A DNA stretch of 64,000 nucleotides from Stagnimonas sp. (GTDB lineage Bacteria > Pseudomonadota > Gammaproteobacteria > Nevskiales > Nevskiaceae), in NCBI GenBank assembly GCA_965279705.1, contig OZ257257.1:2715113-2779112 (forward strand). The letters are read 5' to 3'. Shown here in pieces: positions 8,746-18,640 of the stretch; positions within the stretch are counted from its first letter, which is position 1; each line of letters starts with the position of its first letter. Below the pieces are notes generated by a model that was given only the letters and a program-made list of their open reading frames with translations, was not told where the DNA came from and did no database searches. The position numbers and the translations under genes were made by a program.

Positions 8746-9747
8746 TCAGTTCGGGCGGATGTGCTGGCGCATGAACGCCACCATGTCCTGCCGCGCCAGC
8801 TTGGCCTTGGGGAACACCCGCTCGAACAGCGGAAAGGCATGCGGCAGCAGCGGCCAGATATCGAAGCGGGTCGGCACACCGGCGGCAATCGCGCGGCGCG
8901 CGAACAGCACGGTGTCGTCCAGCAGAATCTCGTTGTTGCTGGCCAGCAGAAACAAGGGCGGGAAGCCCTTGCAATCGGCATACAGCGGCGACACCTCGGG
9001 GTCCGAAGCATCCCAGTCGCCGACATACATCTCGGCGACCTGCGCCAGCGCCGCAATCGGCAGGATGGGATCGCGCTTGGCCCTCAACACCCGCGACGGC
9101 GGTGCGTGTGTGCGGCCCATCTCACCCGCCGGTGACACTGGAATCGCGCAGGCCGGCATCGGCAGGCCCGCCTTGCGGATGCGCTGCAAGACGCCCAGCA
9201 CCAGGTTGCCGCCGGCCGACTCGCCGCCGAGTACGATGCGGTCCGCCGAGAAGCCGATGTCGAGCAGCGCGCGATAGGCGTTTTCGCAGTCGTCGAGTGC
9301 CGCCGGAAACTTGTTGAAGGGTGTGAGCCGGTAGTCCGGCAAGAACCCGACTGCATCGAGATCGCGGCACATCTTGCTGACGATGTGCACATGCACCTCC
9401 GGTACGGCGGGCAGGATGAACGCACCGCCATGCAGCCAGAGAATCACCGGCTTGTGCGTGTCTGTAAGCCGGCCCAACACATGGCCCGGCACGATGCCGA
9501 CGATGTCGTAGTCCAGCGGCAACCCAGAGCTGTTCTTGCAGAGGCGGCTCGCCATCTGGATCTGGATTTTCGCGATGCGCTCAGGCGAGCCCCGCAGCGC
9601 GCGCGCGAGCCAGGGCCGCAGGAACCAGCGCATCAGAAACAGGATGACGTGGGTACCGAAGCCGAACTGCACATCGCGCACCTTGATCTCGCGCGCCTCG
9701 GTGGTCGGAAGCGCTTTGCGAAGACGGTCGGAGGTCTGAGGATTCAT
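8746..9747 (-). CDS. Alpha/beta hydrolase, hormone-sensitive-lipase-type esterase
   Basis: 333 aa. Oxyanion motif 'LHGGAF' and nucleophile elbow 'GESAGG'. Abuts the downstream synthetase with no gap. Confidence 0.8.
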   Translation of the reverse strand: MNPQTSDRLRKALPTTEAREIKVRDVQFGFGTHVILFLMRWFLRPWLARALRGSPERIAKIQIQMASRLCKNSSGLPLDYDIVGIVPGHVLGRLTDTHKPVILWLHGGAFILPAVPEVHVHIVSKMCRDLDAVGFLPDYRLTPFNKFPAALDDCENAYRALLDIGFSADRIVLGGESAGGNLVLGVLQRIRKAGLPMPACAIPVSPAGEMGRTHAPPSRVLRAKRDPILPIAALAQVAEMYVGDWDASDPEVSPLYADCKGFPPLFLLASNNEILLDDTVLFARRAIAAGVPTRFDIWPLLPHAFPLFERVFPKAKLARQDMVAFMRQHIRPN

Positions 9748-9756
9748 CGCAGCACC

Positions 9757-11364
9757 TTACATTCGGAACACGCCGTAACGCGGTTCCGCAATCGGTGAGT
9801 TGAGTGCGGCCGACAGCGCCATGCCCAGCGCGTTGCGGGTATCGACCGGATCGAGAATGCCGTCATCCCAGATCTCAGACGTGCTCCAGTACGCGCTCTG
9901 CTTGCGCTTGAAGTCGCCCAGCACCGGATCGCGGATGGCGTTGATGTCTTCCTGCGAGAGCTGCTTGCCCTGCTTGGCGAGCTGGCGAATCTTCACGTCG
10001 GCGAGCGTGTTAGCCGCCTGCTCGGCACCCATCACCGAGATCTGCGACTGCGGCCAGCCGAACAGGAAGCGCGAGTCAAAGGAGCGGCCGCTCATGCCGT
10101 AGTTGCCGGCGCCGAAACTGCCGTTGCACATCACCGTGAACTTGGGCACCTCGCTGCACGACACCGCCATGATCATCTTCGCGCCGTCCTTGGTGATGCC
10201 GCGCCGCTCGTATTCGCGGCCGACCATGAAGCCGGTGATGTTCTGTAGAAACACAATCGGTGTCTTGTTCTGGTTGCACAGCTCGATGAAGTGCGCGCCC
10301 TTGAGTGCGGAGTCATTGAGCAGCACGCCGTTGTTGCCGAGAATGCCGATCTTGTAGCCCCAGAGGTGCGCGTAGCCGCAGATCAGCGTCTTGCCGTAGT
10401 TGGGCTGGTACTCATGGAAGCGGCTGCCATCGACGAGACGGGCAATCACTTCGCGGATGTCGAACTGCTGCTTGATGTCACGCGGGATGATCCCGTACAG
10501 CTCCGCCGGGTCGTAGTGCGGTGCCTCCGGCTGCTGCCACTCGATATGGGTTTTCTGCGGCCGCTTGAACTGCGCGACGATATCGCGGGCGATGGCAATC
10601 GCCTCTTCCTCGCTGCTCGCCGGGTAGTCCGCCGTGCCCGAAACGCTGGTGTGCATATCGGCACCACCGAGTTCATCGACGGTGTTCTCCTCGCCCGTCG
10701 CCGCCTTCACCAGCGGTGGCCCGGCGAGAAAGATCGCGCCCGTGCCGCGCACGATGACGTTGTAGTCCGACAGCCCTGGCACATAGGCGCCGCCAGCTGT
10801 GCAGTGGCCCAGCACCACCGCCACCTGCTGCACGCCCATCTTCGAGAGGATGCACTGGTTACGGAAAATGCGGCCGGCGAAATACTTGTCGGCGAACAGA
10901 TCCGCTTGCAGCGGCAGAAAGCCACCAGCGGAATCGCAGAGATGCACCACCGGCAGACGATTCTCGATGGCGATGTCGAGTGCACGCACGGTCTTCTTCA
11001 CCGTCAGCGGATACCAGGCGCCGCCCTTCACACTCGCATCACCGGCATTGATGACGACCTCGCGGCCTGAGACGATGCCGATGCCGATCACGCAGGCCGC
11101 GCCCGGTACTTCGCCGTCGTAGGCATCGTTGGCGGCGAGCGAGGACAGCTCCAGAAACGGCGTGCCCGGATCAAGCAGCAGATTGATGCGCTCGCGCACC
11201 AGCATCTTGTTCTGCGCGCGCAGACGGTCGATGTCGCGCTGCGGGCGATCGTGCCGCACTTTGCGCTGCTTCTCGTGAAAGGCCGCGATGAGCGCACGGT
11301 TGTGGGCGGCGTTGGCCTGGAACTCGGCCGAGGCGGTGTTGATCTTCGATTCGATACGTTTCAT
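9757..11364 (-). CDS. Acyl-CoA carboxylase carboxyltransferase (beta) subunit, methylcrotonyl/geranyl-CoA carboxylase type
   Basis: 535 aa from ATG 11364 ('MKRIESKINTASAEF...'). The upstream extension to 11424 is R-rich and unlikely. Two crotonase-like CT halves typical of MccB/AtuC-type proteins. Confidence 0.85.
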   Translation of the reverse strand: MKRIESKINTASAEFQANAAHNRALIAAFHEKQRKVRHDRPQRDIDRLRAQNKMLVRERINLLLDPGTPFLELSSLAANDAYDGEVPGAACVIGIGIVSGREVVINAGDASVKGGAWYPLTVKKTVRALDIAIENRLPVVHLCDSAGGFLPLQADLFADKYFAGRIFRNQCILSKMGVQQVAVVLGHCTAGGAYVPGLSDYNVIVRGTGAIFLAGPPLVKAATGEENTVDELGGADMHTSVSGTADYPASSEEEAIAIARDIVAQFKRPQKTHIEWQQPEAPHYDPAELYGIIPRDIKQQFDIREVIARLVDGSRFHEYQPNYGKTLICGYAHLWGYKIGILGNNGVLLNDSALKGAHFIELCNQNKTPIVFLQNITGFMVGREYERRGITKDGAKMIMAVSCSEVPKFTVMCNGSFGAGNYGMSGRSFDSRFLFGWPQSQISVMGAEQAANTLADVKIRQLAKQGKQLSQEDINAIRDPVLGDFKRKQSAYWSTSEIWDDGILDPVDTRNALGMALSAALNSPIAEPRYGVFRM

Positions 11365-11467
11365 GCCTGCGCCCCTGACACGGTGCCGTGAGCGAAGCGA
11401 GCGTGGGTGCGGGAAGGGGCGCAAGTCGGCATGGCGGGTAGAACCTCAAAGGTTGTGCGATCTGTTT

Positions 11468-11977
11468 TCATGCCGACTTCGCCTCAAGAGCTTTCAGGCT
11501 GAGCAAGACCGCATCGCGGTCGAAGGTCTGGCCCTTGTCGTAAGTGATGGCCTCGACCACGCCATCGCGCGAGGCGGTGACGGTGGTTTCCATCTTCATG
11601 CTCTCCATCACCAGTAGGGTCTGGCCCTTGGTGACGGCATCCCCAACCTGCACCGACACCAGCACGATGCTGCCCGGCATGGGTGCGCGCACGCTGTCTT
11701 CAGCGGCACCGCCGCCCTGTGCGGCGAGGCGATCCAGCGGATGCTGATAGCGCAGCTGGTAGGCCTCGCCACCCACATGCACGAACACGTCGTCGCCGCG
11801 CGTGGCGATCACCACCGGCACGTGGCGCTCGCCGACGGTGAGCCAGGTCTTGCCGTCGGCAGTGGTCTTCAGATCAATGGCGACGACACCATCGGCGCCG
11901 TGCAGACGGTAGCTATCAGCACCACGAGAGAGTGCGAGGTTGTGCTCGGCTTCACCGAGCTTGAAGGCGTGTTGCAT
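11468..11977 (-). CDS. BT-domain remnant plus biotin carboxyl carrier domain (C-terminal part of a carboxylase alpha subunit)
   Basis: 169 aa with the biotinylation motif 'VMESMKMET'. Its ATG overlaps the upstream TGA by 1 nt (TGATG). Confidence 0.8.
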   Translation of the reverse strand: MQHAFKLGEAEHNLALSRGADSYRLHGADGVVAIDLKTTADGKTWLTVGERHVPVVIATRGDDVFVHVGGEAYQLRYQHPLDRLAAQGGGAAEDSVRAPMPGSIVLVSVQVGDAVTKGQTLLVMESMKMETTVTASRDGVVEAITYDKGQTFDRDAVLLSLKALEAKSA

Positions 11978-13482
11978 CAATTTCTCCAGTCGCCCATGGC
12001 GGCGTGCATATCGGGTACCGCATCGGCCACGTCGCGCATCGGCCGTGTGCTGAGTGCAGCCACGGCGAGCAGCGCTTGCAGCGTGGTGGTGGGCAATTCG
12101 GGTTCCGCAGCAATCTGCGGATTGGCATCGAGAAAGCCGGTGTGCACATCACCGGCAACGAAGGCCGGGTGTGCAATCAGCCGACGCAGGAAGGCCGTGT
12201 TGGTCTTGCAGCCGAGCAGCACCGTTTCCGCCAGCGCCTTGTCGGCCCGTGCGATGGCCTCATTGCGATCTCTACCGCGAATGATGAGCTTGGCAATCAT
12301 CGGGTCGAAGGCGGCGGTCACTTCACCACCCTGCAACACGCCCGAGTCCCAGCGCACGCCCTCGCCTTGCGGCGGCTGCAGCACCAGCACCGGGCCGGTG
12401 GTGGGCGTGTAGCCGCGCGCGGCGTCTTCGGCGTAGATGCGGAACTCGATGGCGTGACCCTGTGCAGTGATGTCCTGCTGCGCATAGCCGAGCTTCTCGC
12501 CGGCCGCGATGCGCAGTTGCTCCAGCACCAGATCCTTGCCGGTGATTTCTTCCGTCACCGGATGCTCGACTTGCAAACGCGTGTTCATCTCCAAGAAATA
12601 GAACTCGCCCTGCTGACCGAAGATGAACTCGACCGTGCCGGCATTGCGGTAGCCCGCCGAGCGCGCGATACCGGCTGCGGTCTCGCAGATTTTCTCGCGC
12701 AGTTCGGGGGTCAGCGCCGGTGACGGCGTTTCCTCGACGATCTTCTGGAAGCGACGCTGCACGGAGCATTCGCGCTCAAACACATGCACGACGTTGCCGT
12801 GGCTGTCGCCCAGCACCTGCACTTCGATGTGGCGCGGATTCTCGATATAGCGCTCGACGTAGAGGCGGCCATCGCCGAAGTAGCGCTGGCCTTCGCTGCG
12901 GGCGCGTTCGATTTCGGCATCGAGAATCGCGAGGTCACGGACGATGCGCATGCCCTTGCCGCCACCGCCCGCACTGGGCTTGATGAGTAGCGGCGTGCCG
13001 ACCTGGCGGGCACGTTCGTTGAAGGTGGCAGGGTCGTTGTCTTCGATCGCCGACGGCGCGACTGGGAAGCCGCCCTTCTCGACGAAATTGCGCGCCCGCA
13101 CTTTGTCGCCCATCAGGGTGATCTGAGCAGGCGTCGGCCCAATGAAGACCAGACCCGCAGCTTCCACCGCCGTGCAGAAGCCCGCGTTCTCGGAGAGAAA
13201 GCCGTAGCCGGGATGGATCGCGCCCGCGCCACTGGCTTTTGCCGCCGCGATGATCTGCGCACCATCGAGGTAGCTCGCCACCGGCGTGCTACCGGTGATC
13301 TCGATGGCCTCGTCAGCCATCTTCACAGCGAGCGTGCCCTTGTCGGCAGCGTGATAGACGACGATGCCGCGCAGGCCGAGTTTTTGCACGGTGCGCAGCA
13401 CGCGCACGGCGATCTCGCCGCGATTGGCGACGAGCACGCTGTTAAACGGCCAAGTAGATGTGTTGGACATGATGTGGCTCAT
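11977..13482 (-). CDS. Biotin carboxylase (N-terminal part of a carboxylase alpha subunit)
   Basis: 501 aa. 'VLVANRGEIAVRV', ATP-grasp 'GGGGKGMRIV' and 'EMNTRLQVEHPVTE'. Confidence 0.9.
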   Translation of the reverse strand: MSHIMSNTSTWPFNSVLVANRGEIAVRVLRTVQKLGLRGIVVYHAADKGTLAVKMADEAIEITGSTPVASYLDGAQIIAAAKASGAGAIHPGYGFLSENAGFCTAVEAAGLVFIGPTPAQITLMGDKVRARNFVEKGGFPVAPSAIEDNDPATFNERARQVGTPLLIKPSAGGGGKGMRIVRDLAILDAEIERARSEGQRYFGDGRLYVERYIENPRHIEVQVLGDSHGNVVHVFERECSVQRRFQKIVEETPSPALTPELREKICETAAGIARSAGYRNAGTVEFIFGQQGEFYFLEMNTRLQVEHPVTEEITGKDLVLEQLRIAAGEKLGYAQQDITAQGHAIEFRIYAEDAARGYTPTTGPVLVLQPPQGEGVRWDSGVLQGGEVTAAFDPMIAKLIIRGRDRNEAIARADKALAETVLLGCKTNTAFLRRLIAHPAFVAGDVHTGFLDANPQIAAEPELPTTTLQALLAVAALSTRPMRDVADAVPDMHAAMGDWRN

Positions 13483-14165
13483 GACTGGAGGGCTTTCCTT
13501 GCTGCAATGGGGCGGCGCACCGGCTTGATGCGGGCGACTGGCTTGATGGATTTGCTGGAAATGCCCTCGCAGAGCATCGCGGTCATCTGCTCGGCAATGC
13601 GGTCGATGTCGAGTGCGCCGCGGCCACAGACGTAGTTCCAGGTGTGGTGCTCGATGGCGCCATAGACCATGTCGCGCAGCAGCGGCAGCGGCACGTCGCG
13701 ACGAATCTCGCCGCTGCGCTGGCCTTCATCCAGCACCTGCACCAGCAGCTCGGTGTACTGGCGGTTGAGCTGGTGCAGGCCGCTGCCGTGATAGTCGGCT
13801 TCGGACCGAACTTCGCGGAACATCAGGCGACACAGCAGCGGGTAATCACGGATGGAGCGCAGGTGCCGCCACACCAGCAGACGCAGGCGCTCGCGACTGT
13901 TGCGGGCGGTGGCGAGGTCGCGGGCGTAGTCGCCAAACATTTCCTCGTACCAGTGCTCCAGCACCTTCAGCAACAGCTCGCGCTTGCTGGCGAAGTACTT
14001 GTAGACCGTGCCCTCGACCACGCCGATGTGCAGGGCAATCTCAGCGACCGCCGTCTGCTCGTAGCCCTTCTCGCAGAACACTTCGCGCGCGGCATCGAGA
14101 ATCTCGTCCACGCGCTGTTCGCGCGCGAGACGCGGGGCATGCAGGCGGGCGGGCTTGGCACTCAT
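13479..14165 (-). CDS. TetR family transcriptional regulator
   Basis: 228 aa. N-terminal HTH 'ILDAAREVFCEKGYEQTAVAEIALHIGVVEGTVYKYFASKRELL'. ATGA overlaps at both ends. Confidence 0.9.
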   Translation of the reverse strand: MSAKPARLHAPRLAREQRVDEILDAAREVFCEKGYEQTAVAEIALHIGVVEGTVYKYFASKRELLLKVLEHWYEEMFGDYARDLATARNSRERLRLLVWRHLRSIRDYPLLCRLMFREVRSEADYHGSGLHQLNRQYTELLVQVLDEGQRSGEIRRDVPLPLLRDMVYGAIEHHTWNYVCGRGALDIDRIAEQMTAMLCEGISSKSIKPVARIKPVRRPIAARKALQS

Positions 14166-15925
14166 ACTTTCAGCAGCGCAGTGGGCACGGTGAGCGGAAA
14201 ATCCATCAGGATCTGCGCCAGCATCTTGCCCTGCGGGTCGTAGCGCAGGCTGGCCATGCCGCCGCCGCCAAGCGCCTCGTGCAGCAGAAAGTTGAAGCCA
14301 TGCAGGCCGGGCAGCTCGAAGCGCTGCACCTCGCCCTCGACGAAGTGTGCGAAGTACTGCTTCACCGCATCGGCAGTGAGCTGCGCGCGCAACAGGGCCA
14401 CGAACTCAGGCTGGCGTGCCAGCACGCCGATGTTGGCGGCATTGCCCTTGTCACCGCTGCGGCCGGTGGCCAGCTCGATCAGCGGCACTTGGCGGGTTTC
14501 GCCGCCGGTGGCGAGCAGCGCGGCGGGCGGCTCTGGGGTGCTTGCCTGCACCTCGGCAAAGGCCACGGCTGGCAAGTCGAAAGCCTGTCCATCCACCGCG
14601 ACAGGCACGGCCGACTTGGGCACGAGGCACGAGAACAATCGCACCAGCGGCGTCGGCGAAGGGCGCCCACCGGAGAAACCCGTGATGCCCTGCGCCATCG
14701 CCGTCGCGGGTGGGATGAACTCGCGGCCGAAAATCTCCAGCGCGTTCTTGTCGGCGTGGTGCACCGACACCTTGAGGATCACTTCGCGCGTATCGCGGCG
14801 ACGGCCGTTGGCACCCCAGTTGCTCTCGCTGCCCAGCACCTCGACATCGGTGCGCAGGTAGTCGGCCAGGCCGCGCTGCTCGAACAGCCGGCGCGTGCGC
14901 TTGAGAATGGCTGTACCCACCGCCTCAGCTTTCTGCACGGCGTCGATGCCGCCGATCATCATCGTGCCGCTGCTGCGGAAGCCATCCTGGTACGTGGCCG
15001 ATACCTTGTAGTGCGCGGTGGGCGCATGACCGCGCGCGCCGGTGACTTCGACGCGGCTTTCGCCGACCTGTTCCAGCTTCACTTCACGCCAGTCGCAAAC
15101 GACATCGGGCAGCAGATAGGCGGCGGGATCGCCGATTTCGTAGACGATCTGTTCGGCCACGGTCGCTGGCACCACGCGGCCACCGGTGTGGGTCGGCTTG
15201 GTGGCAATGAAACTACCGTCCGGCTTGCAGATGGCAATGGGGAAGCCCATGCGATCCCAGTCCTCGACCACCGCCTGCCAATCGGTGCTGATGCCACCGG
15301 TGGCTTGCGCGCCGCACTCGACCACATGCCCGACCAGGCTGCCCGCCGAGAGCAGATCGTAGTCCGTCGCCTGCCAGCCGAACTCGTGAATCAGCGGCCC
15401 GAGTGCAACCGCACTATCGACACAGCGACCGGTGACCACGATGTCGGCACCGCTTGCCAGCGCGGCGGCGATGGGGAAGGCACCGAGATAAGCGTTCATG
15501 CTCCACAGCTTGGCCGGCATATCCGTACCGCTGAACATCTCTTTGATCCCTGAAAATTCGGCGGCGCGCGGCAGCAGATCGTCACCGGTGACGATCGCTA
15601 CCTTGAGCGTGATGCCGAGTGCAGCGAGCTTCTCGTCGATGGCCGCCTTGCAGGCCTGCGGATTGACGCCGCCGGCATTGGTGACCACCCGGATGCTGCG
15701 CGCCTTCAGTTGCGGCGCAAGTGCGACGATGACCGAAGGGAAGTCAGTCGCATAGCCGGCCGCAGGGTCTTTGACCCGCGCACGCGCCAGCAGCGACATG
15801 GTGATTTCGGCAAGGTAATCGAGCACCAGGTAGTCGATCTCGCCCGACTCGACGAGCTGCTTCGGCCCTTCAGCCGAATCACCCCAGAAGCCGGCGCCGC
15901 AGCCAATGCGAACTGTGCTCTTCAT
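14162..15925 (-). CDS. AtuA-family protein (acyclic terpene utilisation, DUF1446)
   Basis: 587 aa. The N-terminus 'RIGCGAGFWGDSAEGPKQLVESGEIDYLVLDYLAEITM' is the characteristic AtuA/DUF1446 signature. Confidence 0.8.
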   Translation of the reverse strand: MKSTVRIGCGAGFWGDSAEGPKQLVESGEIDYLVLDYLAEITMSLLARARVKDPAAGYATDFPSVIVALAPQLKARSIRVVTNAGGVNPQACKAAIDEKLAALGITLKVAIVTGDDLLPRAAEFSGIKEMFSGTDMPAKLWSMNAYLGAFPIAAALASGADIVVTGRCVDSAVALGPLIHEFGWQATDYDLLSAGSLVGHVVECGAQATGGISTDWQAVVEDWDRMGFPIAICKPDGSFIATKPTHTGGRVVPATVAEQIVYEIGDPAAYLLPDVVCDWREVKLEQVGESRVEVTGARGHAPTAHYKVSATYQDGFRSSGTMMIGGIDAVQKAEAVGTAILKRTRRLFEQRGLADYLRTDVEVLGSESNWGANGRRRDTREVILKVSVHHADKNALEIFGREFIPPATAMAQGITGFSGGRPSPTPLVRLFSCLVPKSAVPVAVDGQAFDLPAVAFAEVQASTPEPPAALLATGGETRQVPLIELATGRSGDKGNAANIGVLARQPEFVALLRAQLTADAVKQYFAHFVEGEVQRFELPGLHGFNFLLHEALGGGGMASLRYDPQGKMLAQILMDFPLTVPTALLKV

Positions 15926-15928
15926 GGT

Positions 15929-16711
15929 CTAGGTGCCGGTGAAGTTGGCGGTGCGTTTTTCCTGGAAGGCGCTCATGCCCTCCTTCGCGTCTTCGGTGGA
16001 CGACATGACCGGCACCATCACCTGCGCGAACTCCAGCGACTCGCGCAGGCTCATGTCGCGCATGGCGTTGAAGGCCTGCTTGCCGAGGCGAATCGCGGTT
16101 GGTGATTTATCGGTGATGCGGGCCAGCAACCAATCGAGCTTCGCATCCAGCTCAGCGCGTGGCACGGCATAGCTGACCACACCCCAGTCGAGTGCATCCT
16201 CGGCCGTGAACATCTCACCGGTGATGCACATCTCCTGCAACTTGCGCGGCGGCAGCACGCGCAACATGTAGGGCAGGATCATCATCGGCGTCACGCCGAT
16301 CTTCGACTCGGTGGTGCCGATGCGGATGTCGTCGGCCGCCACCGCCATGTCGCAGGCGCAGACAATGCCAAAGCCACCGGCCATCGCTGCACCATTCACC
16401 CGCGCGACGATGGGCAAGGTGCATTCCTGCATCTTCTTGAACAGATCGACGATGTAGTGGCGGGGCTGCGCGAAATCGACCGCGAAGGCAAAGCCCTTCG
16501 CACCCTTGGCGAGGTCGGCCCCGGCGCAGAAGGCCTTGTCGCCCGCGCCGGTGAGCACGATGGCGCGGCAGTCGGCAGATTCCATTGCCTGCGTGATGCC
16601 GGCATTGATGGCCTGCACCACCTCGGCATTGAGCGCATTGCGGCGCTCTTCGCGACTGATGGTGATCCACTGCACCGCCCCACGGCGCTCGACGATGACG
16701 GACTCGGACAT
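15929..16711 (-). CDS. Enoyl-CoA hydratase/isomerase (crotonase) family
   Basis: 260 aa. 'ISREERRNALN', 'VLTGAGDKAFCAGADL' and 'VNGAAMAGGFGIVCACDM'. Confidence 0.9.
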   Translation of the reverse strand: MSESVIVERRGAVQWITISREERRNALNAEVVQAINAGITQAMESADCRAIVLTGAGDKAFCAGADLAKGAKGFAFAVDFAQPRHYIVDLFKKMQECTLPIVARVNGAAMAGGFGIVCACDMAVAADDIRIGTTESKIGVTPMMILPYMLRVLPPRKLQEMCITGEMFTAEDALDWGVVSYAVPRAELDAKLDWLLARITDKSPTAIRLGKQAFNAMRDMSLRESLEFAQVMVPVMSSTEDAKEGMSAFQEKRTANFTGT

Positions 16712-16848
16712 GACTGGACTCGCTTCAGGAATGGCAGACCCGCAGGCTAGCCAGCGTCTGGTGAGTCGGCCTCACCCGTTTATGGGATAGCCGCTTTCCG
16801 ACGTATTAAGAAGCACTCCAAATCGGCCGCTTGGCTTCGGTCGTACTA

Positions 16849-17763
16849 CTAGCTGATTTGAAGCACGATCTTGCCACGAGTGCGCCCACTTTCCGAAAGC
16901 TCAAAAGCCTCTCTGATGTTCGCAAGCGGCAAGACTTTCGCGATATGCGCTTTGAGCTTTTCGGCTTCTACCAGTTCACGAATGGACAGGAGCTGCGCCG
17001 CGTTTGGCCTGCATTGCGCCCGTTCGACCCGCACGCCACGCTGCCGCCCGTCGTCCTTGGGAAACGCCACGACGGTCACCAGGAAGCCGCCCTTCTTCAG
17101 GGTTTGAAACGCTCGCTCGAAAGTGTCTGCTCCCACAGTGTCGAACACGACATCCATCTCGTGGGCCAGCTGTTCGAAAGGCTGCTTGGTGTAGTCAATG
17201 AACTCGTCGGCCCCCAGGCTGCGCACATAACTCTCGTTGCGTCCCGAAGCCATTGCGGTGACATGCACGCCCTTGGCCTTGGCAATTTGCACAGCCAACG
17301 AGCCGACGCCACCCGAACTGTTGGTGATGAGCAGGCGTTGGCCGCTGCTGAGCTTGGCGACATCAAACAGGGCCTGCCAGGCCGTGAGCGCGCCGAGCGG
17401 CACGGCCGCCGTCTGGATGAAATCAAGATTGGCCGGCTTGAGCGCCATGTCCTCTGCCTTGACGACGACATACTCCGCGAACCCGCCTGTTTTGATGATG
17501 CCAAAGATGGCGTCGCCCTTCGTGAAACCCGGAACACCTGCGCCCGTCTCTTCAACGGTGCCGCTGATTTCGCCACCCAAATGAATCGGCAGGGTCAAGC
17601 CCATGCGCTGACCCGCCCCACTTCGAATCTTCCAATCCACCGGATTGACGCCGGCGGCATGCACCTTCACCAGTAGTTCGCCGGCTTGGGGCTTCGGCCG
17701 ATCAACGTCAATGATCTGAACCACGCTGTTGTCGCCGTATTCATTGATGACCGCTGCTTTCAT
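16849..17763 (-). CDS. NADPH:quinone oxidoreductase / zinc-independent MDR family
   Basis: 304 aa. '[10 protein letters not shown]...[22 protein letters not shown]' and cofactor fold '[15 protein letters not shown]'. Confidence 0.85.
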   Translation of the reverse strand: MKAAVINEYGDNSVVQIIDVDRPKPQAGELLVKVHAAGVNPVDWKIRSGAGQRMGLTLPIHLGGEISGTVEETGAGVPGFTKGDAIFGIIKTGGFAEYVVVKAEDMALKPANLDFIQTAAVPLGALTAWQALFDVAKLSSGQRLLITNSSGGVGSLAVQIAKAKGVHVTAMASGRNESYVRSLGADEFIDYTKQPFEQLAHEMDVVFDTVGADTFERAFQTLKKGGFLVTVVAFPKDDGRQRGVRVERAQCRPNAAQLLSIRELVEAEKLKAHIAKVLPLANIREAFELSESGRTRGKIVLQIS

Positions 17764-17863
17764 TTCTGCGCTCCGTTTCGATGCTGTTCGATGATTAAGG
17801 CGCTAATGTTAGGAAAGCATTTCAACGATGTGATGCCATTCGGCATCGTGCAAAGGCCAATCC

Positions 17864-18640
17864 ATGCCGCAGAAATCTTTCAGCATCTATCGCGGCCTGA
17901 AGCAAAACGGCAGCACCTTGCCTCTGCATACCCACCGGGACGGACAACTGACGTTCGCTGCATCCGGCATGGTGCAGGTCTACGCGGGAGAGGGCCGCTG
18001 GTTGGTGCCCCCGCAACTCGCCGTCTGGATACCCGAAGGAGTCTCACATCGGGTCGAAGTGCTCACGGATGCCGAGCTCTGGATGGTGCATTGGAAGCCT
18101 TCTGCGGCTCGCGCATGGGCGCCTCAAGCGTCGCTGGGGCAAGCCTTCGCATTGAGAGTCACTCCGCTTCTGCACGCACTGCTGGTCACCCTGTTTGCAG
18201 CCGATACGGGGCCAGAAAAGGCCACCTTGGCCGCCAAGCTCATGCTGCACGAACTGACCAATATCGAGCATGCGCCTACATTTCTTCCCTTGCCCACCGG
18301 TGTTGCAGGGCGGCGCGTTGCCGACATCGCTCTTGGTGATCATCAACAGCGGTTGAGCGTCGGCGAACTGGCATCGCGCGCCGCGACTTCTATTCGCACC
18401 CTGAGCCGTATTTTCCCTGCCGAAACGGGATTGACCTTCAAGGCGTGGAGACAGCGCGCGCGCATCGTGCACTCGATGGATCTGCTCGGCAGAGGAGACA
18501 CGATCGCTCGGGTCGCTGCGAAGTGCGGTTTCGCCAGCACCGCTGCATTCTCTTTCGCCTTTAGGCAAGTGACGGCTATGACGCCGACGACGTTCATCGA
18601 ACGGCCGAAGGCGGCTACCCAACCAAAAGCGCAGAACTAA
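17864..18640 (+). CDS. AraC family transcriptional regulator (cupin + HTH)
   Basis: 258 aa. The C-terminal double HTH ends 'GFASTAAFSFAFRQVTAMTPTTF'. Divergent from the oxidoreductase. Confidence 0.85.
   Translation: MPQKSFSIYRGLKQNGSTLPLHTHRDGQLTFAASGMVQVYAGEGRWLVPPQLAVWIPEGVSHRVEVLTDAELWMVHWKPSAARAWAPQASLGQAFALRVTPLLHALLVTLFAADTGPEKATLAAKLMLHELTNIEHAPTFLPLPTGVAGRRVADIALGDHQQRLSVGELASRAATSIRTLSRIFPAETGLTFKAWRQRARIVHSMDLLGRGDTIARVAAKCGFASTAAFSFAFRQVTAMTPTTFIERPKAATQPKAQN

Noticed and set aside
7678-9135. Long plus-strand ORF (485 aa) antisense to the acyl-CoA synthetase and esterase genes. Similar long antisense ORFs occur at 14279-15553, 26123-27457, 29843-31285, 33827-35257, 44466-46688, 46749-48056, 51753-53894 and 59936-61255.
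   Set aside because: All lie opposite ORFs with clear family motifs. Their translations are Arg/His/Gly/Asp/Ala-rich with no recognisable motifs, which is the normal shadow-ORF artefact of GC-rich DNA.
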